Assembly (NCBI GenBank): GCA_963714015.1
Contig: OY970223.1
Coordinates: forward strand, 32,001 to 96,000
Direction of reading: 5' to 3'
Length of the DNA stretch: 64,000 bases
From: Vulcanimicrobiota bacterium
Lineage (GTDB): Bacteria > Vulcanimicrobiota > Vulcanimicrobiia > Vulcanimicrobiales > Vulcanimicrobiaceae
Shown here: positions 1-10,367 of the stretch, piece after piece
How the letters are laid out: every line of letters begins with the position of its first letter
How positions within the stretch are numbered: the stretch's first letter is position 1
The notes under the pieces: generated by a model
Databases searched by the model: none
What the model saw: only the letters and a program-made list of their open reading frames with translations
What the model was told of the DNA's origin: nothing
Translations under genes and position numbers: made by a program

Positions 1-433
1 CGCTGACGGTCGTTTTGGCGACGATGTTCTTACCCAGGCGGATCTCGACGGGGTAGGTTCCCAGCGCTTTGATGGAGTTTTTCACTTCGATCTTGTGTTT
101 GTCGACCGACACGGCGAAGGCTTGTGTGATGGCGTCCGCGATGTCGGCGTTGGTGACGGCGCCGAACAACTTGCCGTTGCCGCCGGCTTTTGCGCGCACC
201 GCTACCGGCTTACTCTCCAACAGTTTGGCGAGTTCGTGGGTTTCGGCCAATACCTGCGCCTCGCGTTTTGCATGCGCTTTCTTCTGCTCGTCGAGCATCG
301 TAATCGCGCCTTTACTCGCCTCGGTGGCAAGGTTTCGAGGCAGCAAAAAGTTCCGGGCGTAGCCCTCGGCGACTTCGACGATCTGCCCTTTTTTGCCGAG
401 CGCCTTGACGTCGTTCAGAAGGATGACTTTCAC
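1..433 (-). CDS. rplI: 50S ribosomal protein L9 (3' end runs off window)
   Basis: Manual translation from GTG at 433: MKVILLNDVKALGKKGQIVEVAEGYARNFLLPRNLA...KLFGAVTNADIA...IKALGTYPVEIRL; L9 signature; follows rpsR. Confidence 0.97.
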   Translation of the reverse strand, partial: MKVILLNDVKALGKKGQIVEVAEGYARNFLLPRNLATEASKGAITMLDEQKKAHAKREAQVLAETHELAKLLESKPVAVRAKAGGNGKLFGAVTNADIADAITQAFAVSVDKHKIEVKNSIKALGTYPVEIRLGKNIVAKTTVS

Positions 434-445
434 GGCTTGGGACCG

Positions 446-691
446 CTATTCGGTAACGAAGGGAAGGAAAGCGATAACGCGCGCGCGCTTGACCGCTACG
501 GTAAGCAGGCGTTGATGACGCGCACAGTTTCCTGAAATTCGGCGGGGGAGAATCTTTCCGCGTTCCGAGACGAATTTCTTCAGCCGGCCGACGTCCTTGT
601 AATTGATGTCCAGGGCCTTGTCGGCGCAGAAATTGCACGGCTTGCGCTTGGGGCGCCGGTCTTTGACGGCGCGCTTCGTTTTGGTGGCCAC
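446..691 (-). CDS. rpsR: 30S ribosomal protein S18 (Cys-containing, Zn-binding type)
   Basis: CNFC...[33 protein letters not shown]...AVKRAR..LPF. Confidence 0.98.
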   Translation of the reverse strand: MATKTKRAVKDRRPKRKPCNFCADKALDINYKDVGRLKKFVSERGKILPRRISGNCARHQRLLTVAVKRARVIAFLPFVTE

Positions 692-808
692 TCTATTGTC
701 CTTTCACTAGGTGGTTGACGGTCGTGCCGCATACGTGCGCGACCCTAGCGAAGTGACGCGCCTGACGCGCGCCACTACCAGCCGGAGGGCTGGATTTGAC
801 CGAGGACG

Positions 809-837
809 AGTATAGCCGCTGGCGAGCCTCTTGGCTA
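809..837 (-). promoter_or_regulatory. Putative sigma70 promoter of rpsR-rplI
   Basis: Minus strand TAGCCA-N17-TATACT about 120 bp upstream of rpsR. Confidence 0.55.
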
Positions 838-848
838 GTACGTAGGTA

Positions 849-876
849 GAGGGGCCCGCCCGCGAGCGGGACCCTC
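849..876 (-). terminator. GC-rich hairpin after the 882-2846 gene
   Basis: GAGGG(G)CCCGC/GCGGG(A)CCCTC stem, no clear U-tract. Confidence 0.35.
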
Positions 877-881
877 ACCCG

Positions 882-2846
882 CTACTGGCAGCCGTTGCTC
901 GTCAAGAGTACGTAGCCGTCGTTGGAGTCGATTGTCAGCGGATTGGACACCGGCCGGCCCAGCACGTCGGAGTACGAGTGGTTGGCCGGCAGGTGAGCGA
1001 CTTCGTTATTCGATCCCGAACCTGCATTCACGACGACGATGGCGTTCGCAAAGCGCCGGTAGTAGATCGCCGGGTTGCTCGGGTCGTTCGCCGAGTAGTA
1101 GTCGCCGCACGGCGCGCCCACGGCGGTCGCATACTGGCTGTGATACTGCTCGAGCCCGTAGCCGTTGCCTTGCGAGGCGAAGAGCGACTCCCCTTGCTCG
1201 TTCCCCATCAGATACGTGGCGATCGAGTACTCGAGCTGCGGCGTTCCAAGTTGCGTATTGCCCCAGTTGTCGTTCATCAGTACGGCGGTACCGCGATCCT
1301 GGGCATACTTCGCCCAGTTCGTCGTTTCGGTGAAGTTCGACGTGTTGCCCGTCTTGTAGCTGCCGTAGTCGCTATAGCCCGTCTCGTCAAGATCGGCGTC
1401 GACGTTGCCGAGCAGCGTCTCCTCATTCGCAGTCAAGTTGTCCGCGGGATGGTTGACCATGAACTTCAGGTGATACGTCGAGAGTACCGGATCTTGCGTC
1501 AACAGCTGGTGCGCCGCTTGAACCCACGCCACGACGTCGTTCTCCCAATTGGGATCGTTTGTTCCCGTGTAGCGTCGAACGAACTGGCCGTTTTCGTAAA
1601 TGCCGCATCCGTATCCGCCGGGCACGCCCTCATCGGCTTGCCAGAAAGTGACTTCGTCCACCGAGAGCGACGTGTAACCGACCTGATGCGCGAACGTGGC
1701 CCACAGGTTAAGCTGGTACTGCACGACTTGCGGGTTATGGACGTCGAGCGGAATGCTGTCCAAACCTGGAACGTACGCCGGCGTATTGGTCGGCTGACCT
1801 GACGAATTGCACGCGTACAGGATCCAGTCCGGATGGTTCTGCTGCCACCACGCTAGGGTATGGCCGATTGCGCCCCATGCGGTAGGACTCGCATCGGTTT
1901 CCATCGCTGAGTAGTATCCCATGCGCAACGACGGATTGCTTTGCAACCAAGACGTTCCGATGTTGTCGCGCGCTCCCCAAACCCCGGAGTACCGGTAGCC
2001 GTCGGCCTGCGCGGCGGCCTCGCTGATATAACCGTTGCCGGTGTCGTCGAAGACCTGGAACGCGCTGATCTTGCCCCACGTCGACGGCATAAAGTTGGTC
2101 GTCGGAGGCGGCGTGAAATTCGGATTCGACGAGGGTGTCGGTGACGGGACCGGTGTCCCTGCCGGCGTTCCCGTCGGTGCAGGTGTGGGCGATGGCGCCG
2201 GCGATCCCGAAGGCGATGGAGAAGGTGACGGCGATCCGTCAATCTCGTTGACGACGACCGCGTTCAGCGACGCCTGCAGCGATCCGGTGCCCCAAACTTG
2301 GACCTGCTCGCCGACGTAAGGCTTCGGACCGTTGACGGTCGTGTAATACCCCAGCCAAATATTGATGAAGCCGATGTGCGGGCCGCCCTGCATTTGAAAG
2401 CCCGCGTCGTTCAGCAGAACGATGGGCCCCGTGACCGACCAAATCGGAACTTGCTCTATCTGTGAGGTGGTGCTCATAACCGAAGCGGGATTGCCCGTTC
2501 CGGTCGCTTGAATGTACTCACCGACGAACGGCGCCGGTCCGACGATTTGCGTCGAAGAACTCGTGTAAACGTCGAAGTACCCGACGCCGCGTCCGGCCTG
2601 AATCTGCACGCCGTTCGACATCAATCGAACGACCGTTCCGCTAATCACCAGCGCGCCGTTGTTCGGCTGGTAAGAAATGACGGCCATCGGAAGAACTTTG
2701 CCTTTCGGCGAAGGCGTCGAACTCTGCGTAGGGCTTTGTTCTGGGGCCGGAAGAGCTCCGCCGGCGCCGGATCCGCCGCCGCAAGCTGCTAGCGTCAGTG
2801 AAATTGCGAGAGCGGTGATCGCTCCAAAAATCGTCTTAGTGCTCAC
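882..2846 (-). CDS. Secreted lipoprotein: two short beta-rich repeats, Pro/Ser/Thr linker, putative glycoside-hydrolase-like (GHL15-like) C-terminal domain
   Basis: Lipobox LAAC-GGG; duplicated 'Q.G...G...V.....T.V.GP.P.VGE..Q..GTG' unit; SPSPTPAP linker; C-terminal 'YYRRFANAIVVVN'. Confidence 0.6.
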   Translation of the reverse strand: MSTKTIFGAITALAISLTLAACGGGSGAGGALPAPEQSPTQSSTPSPKGKVLPMAVISYQPNNGALVISGTVVRLMSNGVQIQAGRGVGYFDVYTSSSTQIVGPAPFVGEYIQATGTGNPASVMSTTSQIEQVPIWSVTGPIVLLNDAGFQMQGGPHIGFINIWLGYYTTVNGPKPYVGEQVQVWGTGSLQASLNAVVVNEIDGSPSPSPSPSGSPAPSPTPAPTGTPAGTPVPSPTPSSNPNFTPPPTTNFMPSTWGKISAFQVFDDTGNGYISEAAAQADGYRYSGVWGARDNIGTSWLQSNPSLRMGYYSAMETDASPTAWGAIGHTLAWWQQNHPDWILYACNSSGQPTNTPAYVPGLDSIPLDVHNPQVVQYQLNLWATFAHQVGYTSLSVDEVTFWQADEGVPGGYGCGIYENGQFVRRYTGTNDPNWENDVVAWVQAAHQLLTQDPVLSTYHLKFMVNHPADNLTANEETLLGNVDADLDETGYSDYGSYKTGNTSNFTETTNWAKYAQDRGTAVLMNDNWGNTQLGTPQLEYSIATYLMGNEQGESLFASQGNGYGLEQYHSQYATAVGAPCGDYYSANDPSNPAIYYRRFANAIVVVNAGSGSNNEVAHLPANHSYSDVLGRPVSNPLTIDSNDGYVLLTSNGCQ

Positions 2847-2990
2847 GATTTTGGAGTCGGGTCCCGCGCCGACTATCTTAAGCGGTCCAGCGTAAAAAGT
2901 TCACAAACTGATAATCAGATGAGCGAGTAAGCGTGCGTCCGACGTTACGCTAGGCATGAGACCAAGGAAACGCCGAACGCGCGTACTTTT

Positions 2991-4208
2991 TTATTCGAAT
3001 CGCAGCGCCTGAATCGGCCGCAAATTTGCTGCTTTGCGCGCGGGATAGTATCCGAAGAACACGCCCACGATCGCCGAGAACAGTACCGAAAGCGCGATCC
3101 ACATCGGCGGAATCAGCATCGGCCAGTGCGCCAGCAATGCGACGACCAGGGTGCCAGTCAGTCCGAAGACCACGCCCGCGAGTCCCCCGCAAGTGGCCAG
3201 CACGATGGATTCCGTGAGGAATTGATTGAGGATCACTTTGGCGCGGGCGCCGACGGCCATGCGCAATCCGATCTCCCGCGTACGCTCGGTTACGGAGACC
3301 ATCATGATGTTCATAATTCCGATTCCACCCACGATGAGGGAGACCGCGGCGACGCCGGCGAGCAGGAATTCCATCACCGCACCCGTCGACGATGCCGCAG
3401 CTGCGATATCTTGCAAATTGCGCACGGAGAAGTCGTCCGTCTGCGGCGGAACGATGTGATGCCGCTGCTCAAGCAACGCCGTGATTGCGCTCTGCGCCGC
3501 GGTAACGTGCTGCGCGTCGACCGCGGATACGAGCAGCGTGCCCACCGTCGTTTGTCCGGTGAGGCGCTGCATCGCCGAGCTGTACGGTACCAAAATTGTA
3601 TCGTCCTGATCTTGTCCGACGCCGCTTTGGCCCAGCGGGCTGAGCGTTCCAACCACCGTGAACGGCACGCCTTTGATCAAGACGGTTTGCCCAAGCGCAG
3701 ACGTTCCGTCCGGAAAGAGGTTTTCTACGACGGTTTGTCCGAGCACGCATACTTTCGCCGCGGACGCCACGTCGTTCTGCGTAAAGAACGTGCCCGATGC
3801 GAGCGGCCAGCTCCGAATGAACGTGAAGGTCGGCGCGACGCCGGTGATGCTCGTCTGCCAGTTGTTGTCGCCTGCGACGGCCTGCGCACGCACAGTGACG
3901 CTCGGCGACACCGCCGCGACTCCCGGAAGCTGAGCAATAGCGATTCCGTCGTCCGGCGTGAGCGTCGATGCTCCGCCGTATCCGCTTTTTGCGCCGCCCG
4001 CTGTGACGCTTCCGGGAAGAACGACCAGCATGTTGCTGCCCAAACTGTCGATCTGCTGCTGAACCGACTGGCGAGCGCCGGCGCCGATTGCGACGGTGAC
4101 GATCACCGCCGCCACGCCGATGATGACTCCCAGCATGGTCATGAGCGACCGCGCTCGATTACGGAGCAGTGCGTCGATTGCAAGACGCAGCGTAGCTTTC
4201 AAGTTCAT
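2991..4208 (-). CDS. ABC transporter permease, MacB/FtsX family
   Basis: RSLMTMLGVIIGVAAVI; GGIGIMNIMMVSVTERTREIGLRMAVGA; YPARKAANLRPIQALRFE. Confidence 0.95.
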   Translation of the reverse strand: MNLKATLRLAIDALLRNRARSLMTMLGVIIGVAAVIVTVAIGAGARQSVQQQIDSLGSNMLVVLPGSVTAGGAKSGYGGASTLTPDDGIAIAQLPGVAAVSPSVTVRAQAVAGDNNWQTSITGVAPTFTFIRSWPLASGTFFTQNDVASAAKVCVLGQTVVENLFPDGTSALGQTVLIKGVPFTVVGTLSPLGQSGVGQDQDDTILVPYSSAMQRLTGQTTVGTLLVSAVDAQHVTAAQSAITALLEQRHHIVPPQTDDFSVRNLQDIAAAASSTGAVMEFLLAGVAAVSLIVGGIGIMNIMMVSVTERTREIGLRMAVGARAKVILNQFLTESIVLATCGGLAGVVFGLTGTLVVALLAHWPMLIPPMWIALSVLFSAIVGVFFGYYPARKAANLRPIQALRFE

Positions 4209-4906
4209 GCCGCAACCTCGGCCTTCTTGGTATCGGACAGAATCCGTCCGTCGCGGAACGTAACGACGCGTTTGGCGTACGCGGCGACGTCGGGTTCGTG
4301 GGTGACCAGCAGGATGGTGCGGCCCTGTTCTTCGTTCAGACGCACGAACAGCTCCATCACGTCACGCGAGCTCTTCGTATCGAGTGCGCCCGTCGGCTCG
4401 TCTGCGAGGATCAATCCGGGATCGTTGACCAAGGAGCGGGCAATAGCGACGCGCTGCTGCTGACCGCCGGAGAGCTGGTTGGAGCGATGCTCGCGCAAAT
4501 GCGCTACGCCGACGAGCTCCATCTTCTCGAGCGCGATGCTTTCACGCTCGGCTGGCGGAATGCCGGAGTAGATCATGGGCAGTTCAACGTTCTCGAGTGC
4601 GCTCGTGCGCGAAAGCAGGTTGTACGCTTGGAAGACGAAGCCCAAGCGGCGGCTGCGAATGTCGGCGCGGTCATCCGCGCTGAGCGTTGCAATGTCCACG
4701 CCTTCGAATAAATAGCGTCCGGATGTGGGTTCGTCGAGCAGTCCGGCGATGTGCATGAACGTCGACTTACCTGAGCCGGAAGGACCCATTACGGCAACGA
4801 ACTCGCCCGGTTCGATCGTCAGATCGACTGCTGCCAGGCCTACGACGAACTCAGTGCCAAGCTCGTCGAGCTTCTGCAGATTCTGAGCGCTTACGACCGG
4901 CGTCAT
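4205..4906 (-). CDS. ABC transporter ATP-binding protein, MacB/LolD-like
   Basis: GPSGSGKST, LSGGQQQRVAIAR, ILADEPTGALD, VTHE. Confidence 0.95.
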   Translation of the reverse strand: MTPVVSAQNLQKLDELGTEFVVGLAAVDLTIEPGEFVAVMGPSGSGKSTFMHIAGLLDEPTSGRYLFEGVDIATLSADDRADIRSRRLGFVFQAYNLLSRTSALENVELPMIYSGIPPAERESIALEKMELVGVAHLREHRSNQLSGGQQQRVAIARSLVNDPGLILADEPTGALDTKSSRDVMELFVRLNEEQGRTILLVTHEPDVAAYAKRVVTFRDGRILSDTKKAEVAA

Positions 4907-6438
4907 CGTATTGCTCTCCCGATGCTGCCCATGGCGCTGGGACCGCCCGGGCCGCCGCTTTGCGCGGTGCGAGTCCGCGTGGTGCTTTGCGAGGAGTCGC
5001 CGGTGATGACGTCGTCTCCGGCTTGGAGCGAGCCGCGCAGCGGCGTTACTGCAACCTGCGTTCCGCTCGTCAAATCGATCTTGACGCGGACGGGCACCGG
5101 TTTGCCATTACGCTCGACGAACACTATGCCGCCGGATCCGCTCGTGGTGTTCGCGCCGGCGCCGGCAGCCGTCTGACCCCAAGGCGAGCCGTTCGAGGCC
5201 GTTGCGTTGTGCGTGCGATGCTTAGTTCCGCCGCTCGCGGGACGCCATGCCAGCGCAGCTTGCGGCACGACGAGCGCATTGTGCGCCGTTGCTACGGCGA
5301 TCGAAGCGTTCGCGGTCATGCCCGGAAGAAGCTGGTCGTTGGGATTGTTCACGAGCGTGACGACGTCGTACGTTACGACGTTGTTGACCGTGGTCGGATC
5401 GACGCGCACTTGCGAAACCACGCCGTTGAACGTTTGATTCGGATAGGCCAGAACGCTGAAGTTTACTTTGTCGCCCGGCTTGACGTTGCCGATGTCCGGC
5501 TCGCCGACGGAGATGTCGACTTCCATCTTCTTCAGGTCTTGAGCGATCGTGAAGAGCGTCGGCGTCTGGAAGCTCGAGGCGACGGTTTCGCCGACCGCGA
5601 TATTGCGGCCGATAACGGTACCGTCGACGGGCGAGGTAATGACGCCGCGGCTCAGGTTATACTGATCCTGCGCTACCTGCGCTTGCGCGGCTTGAACCGC
5701 CGCATCTTGTGCCTGCGCCGTGTCCTGTGAACCGGCAGCCTGTGCACTGCTCTGGCTGGTCTGCGCTTTTGCTTGCAGCGCTGCCGCCTGCGCGGAAGCT
5801 AGAGCGCTCTGCGCAGCAACGGCACTGCTCTGGTCGGAGTCATATTGGCTCTGCGCGATATAGCCTTGTGAAAGCAGGCTCTTGTCGCGGCTGACGGTCT
5901 GCTCGGCCAACTGATACGCGCTCTGCGCCTTCGCCACGCTGGCCTGCGCCGTCGCGATACCGGCTTGCGAGACCGTCACTCCCGACTGAGCCCCCGCAGC
6001 GTTTTCGACTTGAGCTTGAGCCTGCGCCTGTGCCTGTGCCAACTGCGCTTGCGCTTGATCGAGCTGAGCTTGCATTTGACTCGGATCGATCCGTGCAAGA
6101 ACCTGACCTTTGACCACGCGGCTGTTGTAGTCGACATAGACGGCCGAGATCGTTCCGGAGGCTTGCGAGCCGACCGTAACCGTATTTTGCGGATTTACGG
6201 TTCCCGAAGCAGTGACGGACTGCGTTAGATCTTGCTGAGCCACCGGCGCCGATGCATACGAGGTCGCTGCGTGCGAACGCGCGACCGCCGCCCCGCCGGT
6301 AACCGCACCTGCGAGAGCGAGCCCGCCGAGCGTGAAGCCCAGCCAGCGCTGCCGCAGTTTGGAGCCGATGCCGGCTGCGCCGGGGAGAGATCCGGCTAAA
6401 GAGTTGCCGTCGAGAGGTGCTTGAAGTTTGCCTATCAT
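4903..6438 (-). CDS. Efflux periplasmic adaptor (MacA-like membrane fusion protein)
   Basis: N-terminal TM, VGSQASG lipoyl half, Ala/Gln coiled coil, ITSPVDGTV, LLPGMTA. Confidence 0.92.
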   Translation of the reverse strand: MIGKLQAPLDGNSLAGSLPGAAGIGSKLRQRWLGFTLGGLALAGAVTGGAAVARSHAATSYASAPVAQQDLTQSVTASGTVNPQNTVTVGSQASGTISAVYVDYNSRVVKGQVLARIDPSQMQAQLDQAQAQLAQAQAQAQAQVENAAGAQSGVTVSQAGIATAQASVAKAQSAYQLAEQTVSRDKSLLSQGYIAQSQYDSDQSSAVAAQSALASAQAAALQAKAQTSQSSAQAAGSQDTAQAQDAAVQAAQAQVAQDQYNLSRGVITSPVDGTVIGRNIAVGETVASSFQTPTLFTIAQDLKKMEVDISVGEPDIGNVKPGDKVNFSVLAYPNQTFNGVVSQVRVDPTTVNNVVTYDVVTLVNNPNDQLLPGMTANASIAVATAHNALVVPQAALAWRPASGGTKHRTHNATASNGSPWGQTAAGAGANTTSGSGGIVFVERNGKPVPVRVKIDLTSGTQVAVTPLRGSLQAGDDVITGDSSQSTTRTRTAQSGGPGGPSAMGSIGRAIR

Positions 6439-6561
6439 TTGTACCGATGATAGGCGCGTTTCCTGAAAGCGGGCCGAGAGCCGAATTAAGCGGCGGTGAG
6501 AAACGCGGGGTTTGCATTTGCTTTACGGTAGACGGCCGCCCCGCGATTCGAGACACCGCGT

Positions 6562-7992
6562 CTAAAACAGGTTCCAAAGATACTGGTTGTAGACCTCATG
6601 GTGATACTGCACTTCCGGCGGCTTCACGAACGTACCGAGGAGCCGCGGGCACCGGTCGGCGCTTGCCTTTTTGAGATCGGCATAACGCGCCTTCACATCC
6701 GAAGCGAGAAGCTCGGTGGTCCATGCCGACTCACGAAAGCTTGCGAGCGCGTCGTAAATATTGTCGGGCAGGTAGCGCTCGGCTTGACGCAGATTCTGCT
6801 CGCCGCTGATGCTGCCTTGGAGCCCCGTCTTGAAGACTGCCAGCATCACCATGTACGGGTTGGCATCCGGCGCGACCGATCGCACTTCGACGCGAGAACT
6901 GCGTTCGTTGCCGATCGGAATGCGGACCATAGATCCGCGATCCACTGCAGAGGCCTTGATTTGGTTCGGTGCCTCGAAGTGCGGATCCAAGCGGCGGTAC
7001 GCATTGACGCTGGAGTTGAGCATCAAGCACAGCTCGTTGCCGTGGGTAAGAATGCGATCCACGAACTGCCAAGCGAACGCGCTCAAACTTTCGTCGCCGG
7101 ACGGATCCCAAAACAGGTTCTTGTCGTTCTTGCTGACAGAAACGTTCGTGTGCATACCGCTGCCGTTGACGCCCACGACGGGTTTAGGCAAGAACGAAGC
7201 CGTGAGTCCCATCCTCGTCGCAACTTGCCTGCAGATGAGCTTGTAGAGCTGAATCTGATCGGCAGCCGCGACCGCGTCCCCGTAACTGTAGTTGATTTCG
7301 AATTGCGAAGGGGCCACTTCCGGATGATCTTTCTCGTTCTGAAAACCCATCGCTCGCTGCACTTCGGCCACCGTATCGATGAACGTGCGCAGCGGATCGC
7401 CCGGAAGCGAATGATAATAACCGCCGGTGTTGACGTACTCGAAACGCTCGGTTTCGTGGAACCGCTGCTCGGCATCCAGGCCCTGAAAGAGAAAGCCCTC
7501 GATCTCGTTTGCAGCATTGAGCGTATAGCCGTCGCTCTTGAAGTACTGTTCGCAGAGCTTCTTCAGCAGCCCGCGCACATCCGCAGAAAACGGCGCGCCT
7601 TGACGATCCAGCACGTCGGCGAAGACGAGCACTTTACCGGGGCCGAAAATATCGGCGGGCGCCCAGTAAAAAGATGCCCAATCCAATGCTAAACGCAGGT
7701 CGCTCTCGCGCTGCGCGGTGAACCCGCGAATCGAGGAGCCATCGAAGGTGAGATTATCGTAGGACTTGAGCAAGAACTTCTTGTCGTAGTCCAGCATGTG
7801 CAGCCGGCCTTCCAGGTCGCTGAACAGCACCGTCACGGCCTTGATCCGGCGTTCGTCGGTCAGATACTTGAGGCGCTCTTCCTCAACCTTGCCGGCGGCC
7901 GTACGTTGGCCGCGATGTTGTTTGGCCTTCAGGTTCAAATCCTCGAGCTCGGAATACGGCAGCATCAGAAAATCACGCATCTCGATCGCCAT
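6562..7992 (-). CDS. glnA: Glutamine synthetase family protein
   Basis: FDGSSIRGF, HPEVAPSQFE, PKPVVGVNGSGMHTN, NAYRRL.P.FEAP, RVEVRSVAPDANPY. Confidence 0.9.
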   Translation of the reverse strand: MAIEMRDFLMLPYSELEDLNLKAKQHRGQRTAAGKVEEERLKYLTDERRIKAVTVLFSDLEGRLHMLDYDKKFLLKSYDNLTFDGSSIRGFTAQRESDLRLALDWASFYWAPADIFGPGKVLVFADVLDRQGAPFSADVRGLLKKLCEQYFKSDGYTLNAANEIEGFLFQGLDAEQRFHETERFEYVNTGGYYHSLPGDPLRTFIDTVAEVQRAMGFQNEKDHPEVAPSQFEINYSYGDAVAAADQIQLYKLICRQVATRMGLTASFLPKPVVGVNGSGMHTNVSVSKNDKNLFWDPSGDESLSAFAWQFVDRILTHGNELCLMLNSSVNAYRRLDPHFEAPNQIKASAVDRGSMVRIPIGNERSSRVEVRSVAPDANPYMVMLAVFKTGLQGSISGEQNLRQAERYLPDNIYDALASFRESAWTTELLASDVKARYADLKKASADRCPRLLGTFVKPPEVQYHHEVYNQYLWNLF

Positions 7993-8099
7993 CGTCGTCT
8001 CGCCTCCATAGTTGGCCGGAAGTTGCTTGAGCGGTTACACAACGCGCCCGAGGGGCCTTTGTGCATTTGGCTAAGATGAATGGCACGCAAGGATAGCCA

Positions 8100-10277
8100 A
8101 TGCAGCGGCGTCCGCAGACAGGAGGCACGTTCACGTTGCTCGGGTTGATCTTTGCCTTGACGCTCGGCGCACCGGTGGCCGTTCACGTCGACGCGACGCA
8201 TCGCATCCAAACGTTCCGTCCGATCCGGACCTTCGGCACGGCCGTCGACTCCGACCCCAAGGACAAAGTCTCGCTGCTCTATTCGCCGTCACGCACAAGG
8301 TTGATGCTGAGCACCGGCTTGGGTATGCTCACGTACCGGCTGTACACGGAACTTTCGATACAAGACTGGCATTGGAATCCGGCGGGCGCGTACTCCGACG
8401 CCCGGCATAAGCAGGGTTACTGGACGAGCAGCGCAATGCCCGCAGCGGCGCAAATCGGCGATTCATTCGGCTACCGGCTGCCGCACCGCGGGGACTCGCG
8501 CGATCAGGGTGACGATGACGGCTACTCGCGTATCGACGACGGCGATCCGTCGACATATTGGAAGAGTAACCCTTACCTGACCCATGTCTTTACCGGAGAG
8601 CCGGACTCGGCCAATCCGCAATGGGCGGTCGTGCAGTTTCTTAGGCCACAGCCGATCGACGCAATCAGAATCGCATGGGCAAATCCGTTCGCGACTCGGT
8701 ATGCGGTGCAATACTGGGCGGGTAACGGAGACGCGATCGTCCAGCAGGACGCCGGCGTGTGGCGAACTTTTGCAAACGGCAACGTTAGCGCGGGGAAAGG
8801 CAACCGCGCGCTGCTCCGGCTTTCCGGCGCGCCGGTTTCGACCACCGCCGTTCGAGTGCTCATGAGTGCTTCATCCGGTACATGCGATACGCACGGAAAC
8901 AGCGACGTTCGCAACTGCGCCGGCTACGCAATTCAGGACATCGGCGCCGGTACGATCGACGGTTCGGGAAAGTTTCACGACCTGGTCGTTCGAAAGAAGA
9001 ACGGATCGTGTCACGGCGCGCTGTTCTGCACGTTCGATCCGAAGCGCCAGACGCTCATGTGGACTTCTTCGGACGATCCCTGGCACAGCGCAGCGGATGA
9101 GGTAACGGGCGATCAAGATCAAACCGGTCTCGACCGCATTGCGCGAAGCCCCATTACGCGCGGCCTTCCCGCTATCTATCCCGTTCCGGTTTTCTACAGC
9201 ACTCCGCAAAACGCCGCGAACGAAGTGCGGTACTTGGAGAAACGCGGCTACCCGATCTCGTATATCGAGATGGGCGAAGAAGTCGACGGGCAGTACGCGC
9301 TTCCCGAAGATTACGCCGCACTCTACGTGCAGTTCGCGCGAGCGATTCACGCGGTCGATCCTCGAGTTAAACTGGGAGGCCCAATCTTCGAAGGCGTAAG
9401 CAAGGACGTTCCGGCTTGGCGCAATGCCGCGGGTGACGGTTCCTGGCTGCACCGTTTTTTAGTTTATTTACGGCGGCGAGGCCGGCTGGGCGATCTTTCG
9501 TTCATGTCGTGGGAGCACTACCCGTACCACAACTGCGATGCCGGCGCAAAGCGTCAAGCCGATCTGCTGGACGAACCGTCATTCGTGCGCCGCATGGTCG
9601 ATCAGTGGCACGCGGACGGACTGCCGAAAAATCTCCCGCTGCTCGAAACCGAGAACAATTTCTCTCCCGACGGCACCAGCGCCCCGCAGCACGTCTATGG
9701 AGCGCTTTGGACCGGCGACTTTATGGGCGCTTCGCTTGCCTCGGGCATCTCGTACATGACGTACTACCAAGCCGAGCCTGAGCCGGTTGGGCGTAACGAT
9801 CGCTGTAAGACTTGGGGCGCCTATAATCCTTACATCGTCGATCGGGATTTCAACGTGCGTGCAAAAGGGGCCGCCTATTACGCGCTGCAGCTGATCGCGC
9901 AGCAATGGGTGCTGCCGGGAGATCGCGAGCACGGCGTGTACCCCGTAACGTCGAGTTTGGGAAATCACGATGCGGTCGTCACGGCGTACGCCGTTCGGCG
10001 TCCCGACGGTAAGTGGTCCCTCATGCTCGTGAACAAAGACACACTGGCGCATCCGGTTACGATCGACTTTGCGGAAAGAGGCGGCACCGGTCGCTTCACC
10101 GGCAGCGTGCGCACGATAACGTTCGGCAGTGCCCGGTACCGGTGGAGCGGTAACGGCCCGGGCGATCGTCCCAATCCCGACAAAGGCCTGGCGTTCGGCA
10201 GCGCGCCCGGCGGAAAGACGGCCTACGTCGTTCCTGCGCGTTCCCTGATGGTTATTCGTGGCGCAACCGCACGCTGA
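8100..10277 (+). CDS. Secreted glycoside-hydrolase-like protein with F5/8 type C (discoidin) domain
   Basis: Signal peptide; 'RIDDGDPSTYWKS...PQWAVVQF...IDAIRIAWANPFATRYAVQYW' discoidin; 'YIEMGEEVDG', 'LLETENN' clan-A-like Glu motifs; C-terminal 'SLMLVNKD...VPARSL' sandwich. Confidence 0.7.
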   Translation: MQRRPQTGGTFTLLGLIFALTLGAPVAVHVDATHRIQTFRPIRTFGTAVDSDPKDKVSLLYSPSRTRLMLSTGLGMLTYRLYTELSIQDWHWNPAGAYSDARHKQGYWTSSAMPAAAQIGDSFGYRLPHRGDSRDQGDDDGYSRIDDGDPSTYWKSNPYLTHVFTGEPDSANPQWAVVQFLRPQPIDAIRIAWANPFATRYAVQYWAGNGDAIVQQDAGVWRTFANGNVSAGKGNRALLRLSGAPVSTTAVRVLMSASSGTCDTHGNSDVRNCAGYAIQDIGAGTIDGSGKFHDLVVRKKNGSCHGALFCTFDPKRQTLMWTSSDDPWHSAADEVTGDQDQTGLDRIARSPITRGLPAIYPVPVFYSTPQNAANEVRYLEKRGYPISYIEMGEEVDGQYALPEDYAALYVQFARAIHAVDPRVKLGGPIFEGVSKDVPAWRNAAGDGSWLHRFLVYLRRRGRLGDLSFMSWEHYPYHNCDAGAKRQADLLDEPSFVRRMVDQWHADGLPKNLPLLETENNFSPDGTSAPQHVYGALWTGDFMGASLASGISYMTYYQAEPEPVGRNDRCKTWGAYNPYIVDRDFNVRAKGAAYYALQLIAQQWVLPGDREHGVYPVTSSLGNHDAVVTAYAVRRPDGKWSLMLVNKDTLAHPVTIDFAERGGTGRFTGSVRTITFGSARYRWSGNGPGDRPNPDKGLAFGSAPGGKTAYVVPARSLMVIRGATAR

Positions 10278-10367
10278 GCGATGCGTCGCTGGACGCCGCT
10301 TGTCGATCTGCGGCCCCCTCGTTCGACGTGCAGGTAGAACCCTTGCCGACTGAAATGAGGAAGTGCG

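Noticed and set aside
2100..2240. Short nucleotide repeats
   Set aside because: Encode the Pro/Ser/Thr linker
5670..6080. Repetitive GCCTGCGC-like sequence
   Set aside because: Ala/Gln coiled coil of the adaptor protein
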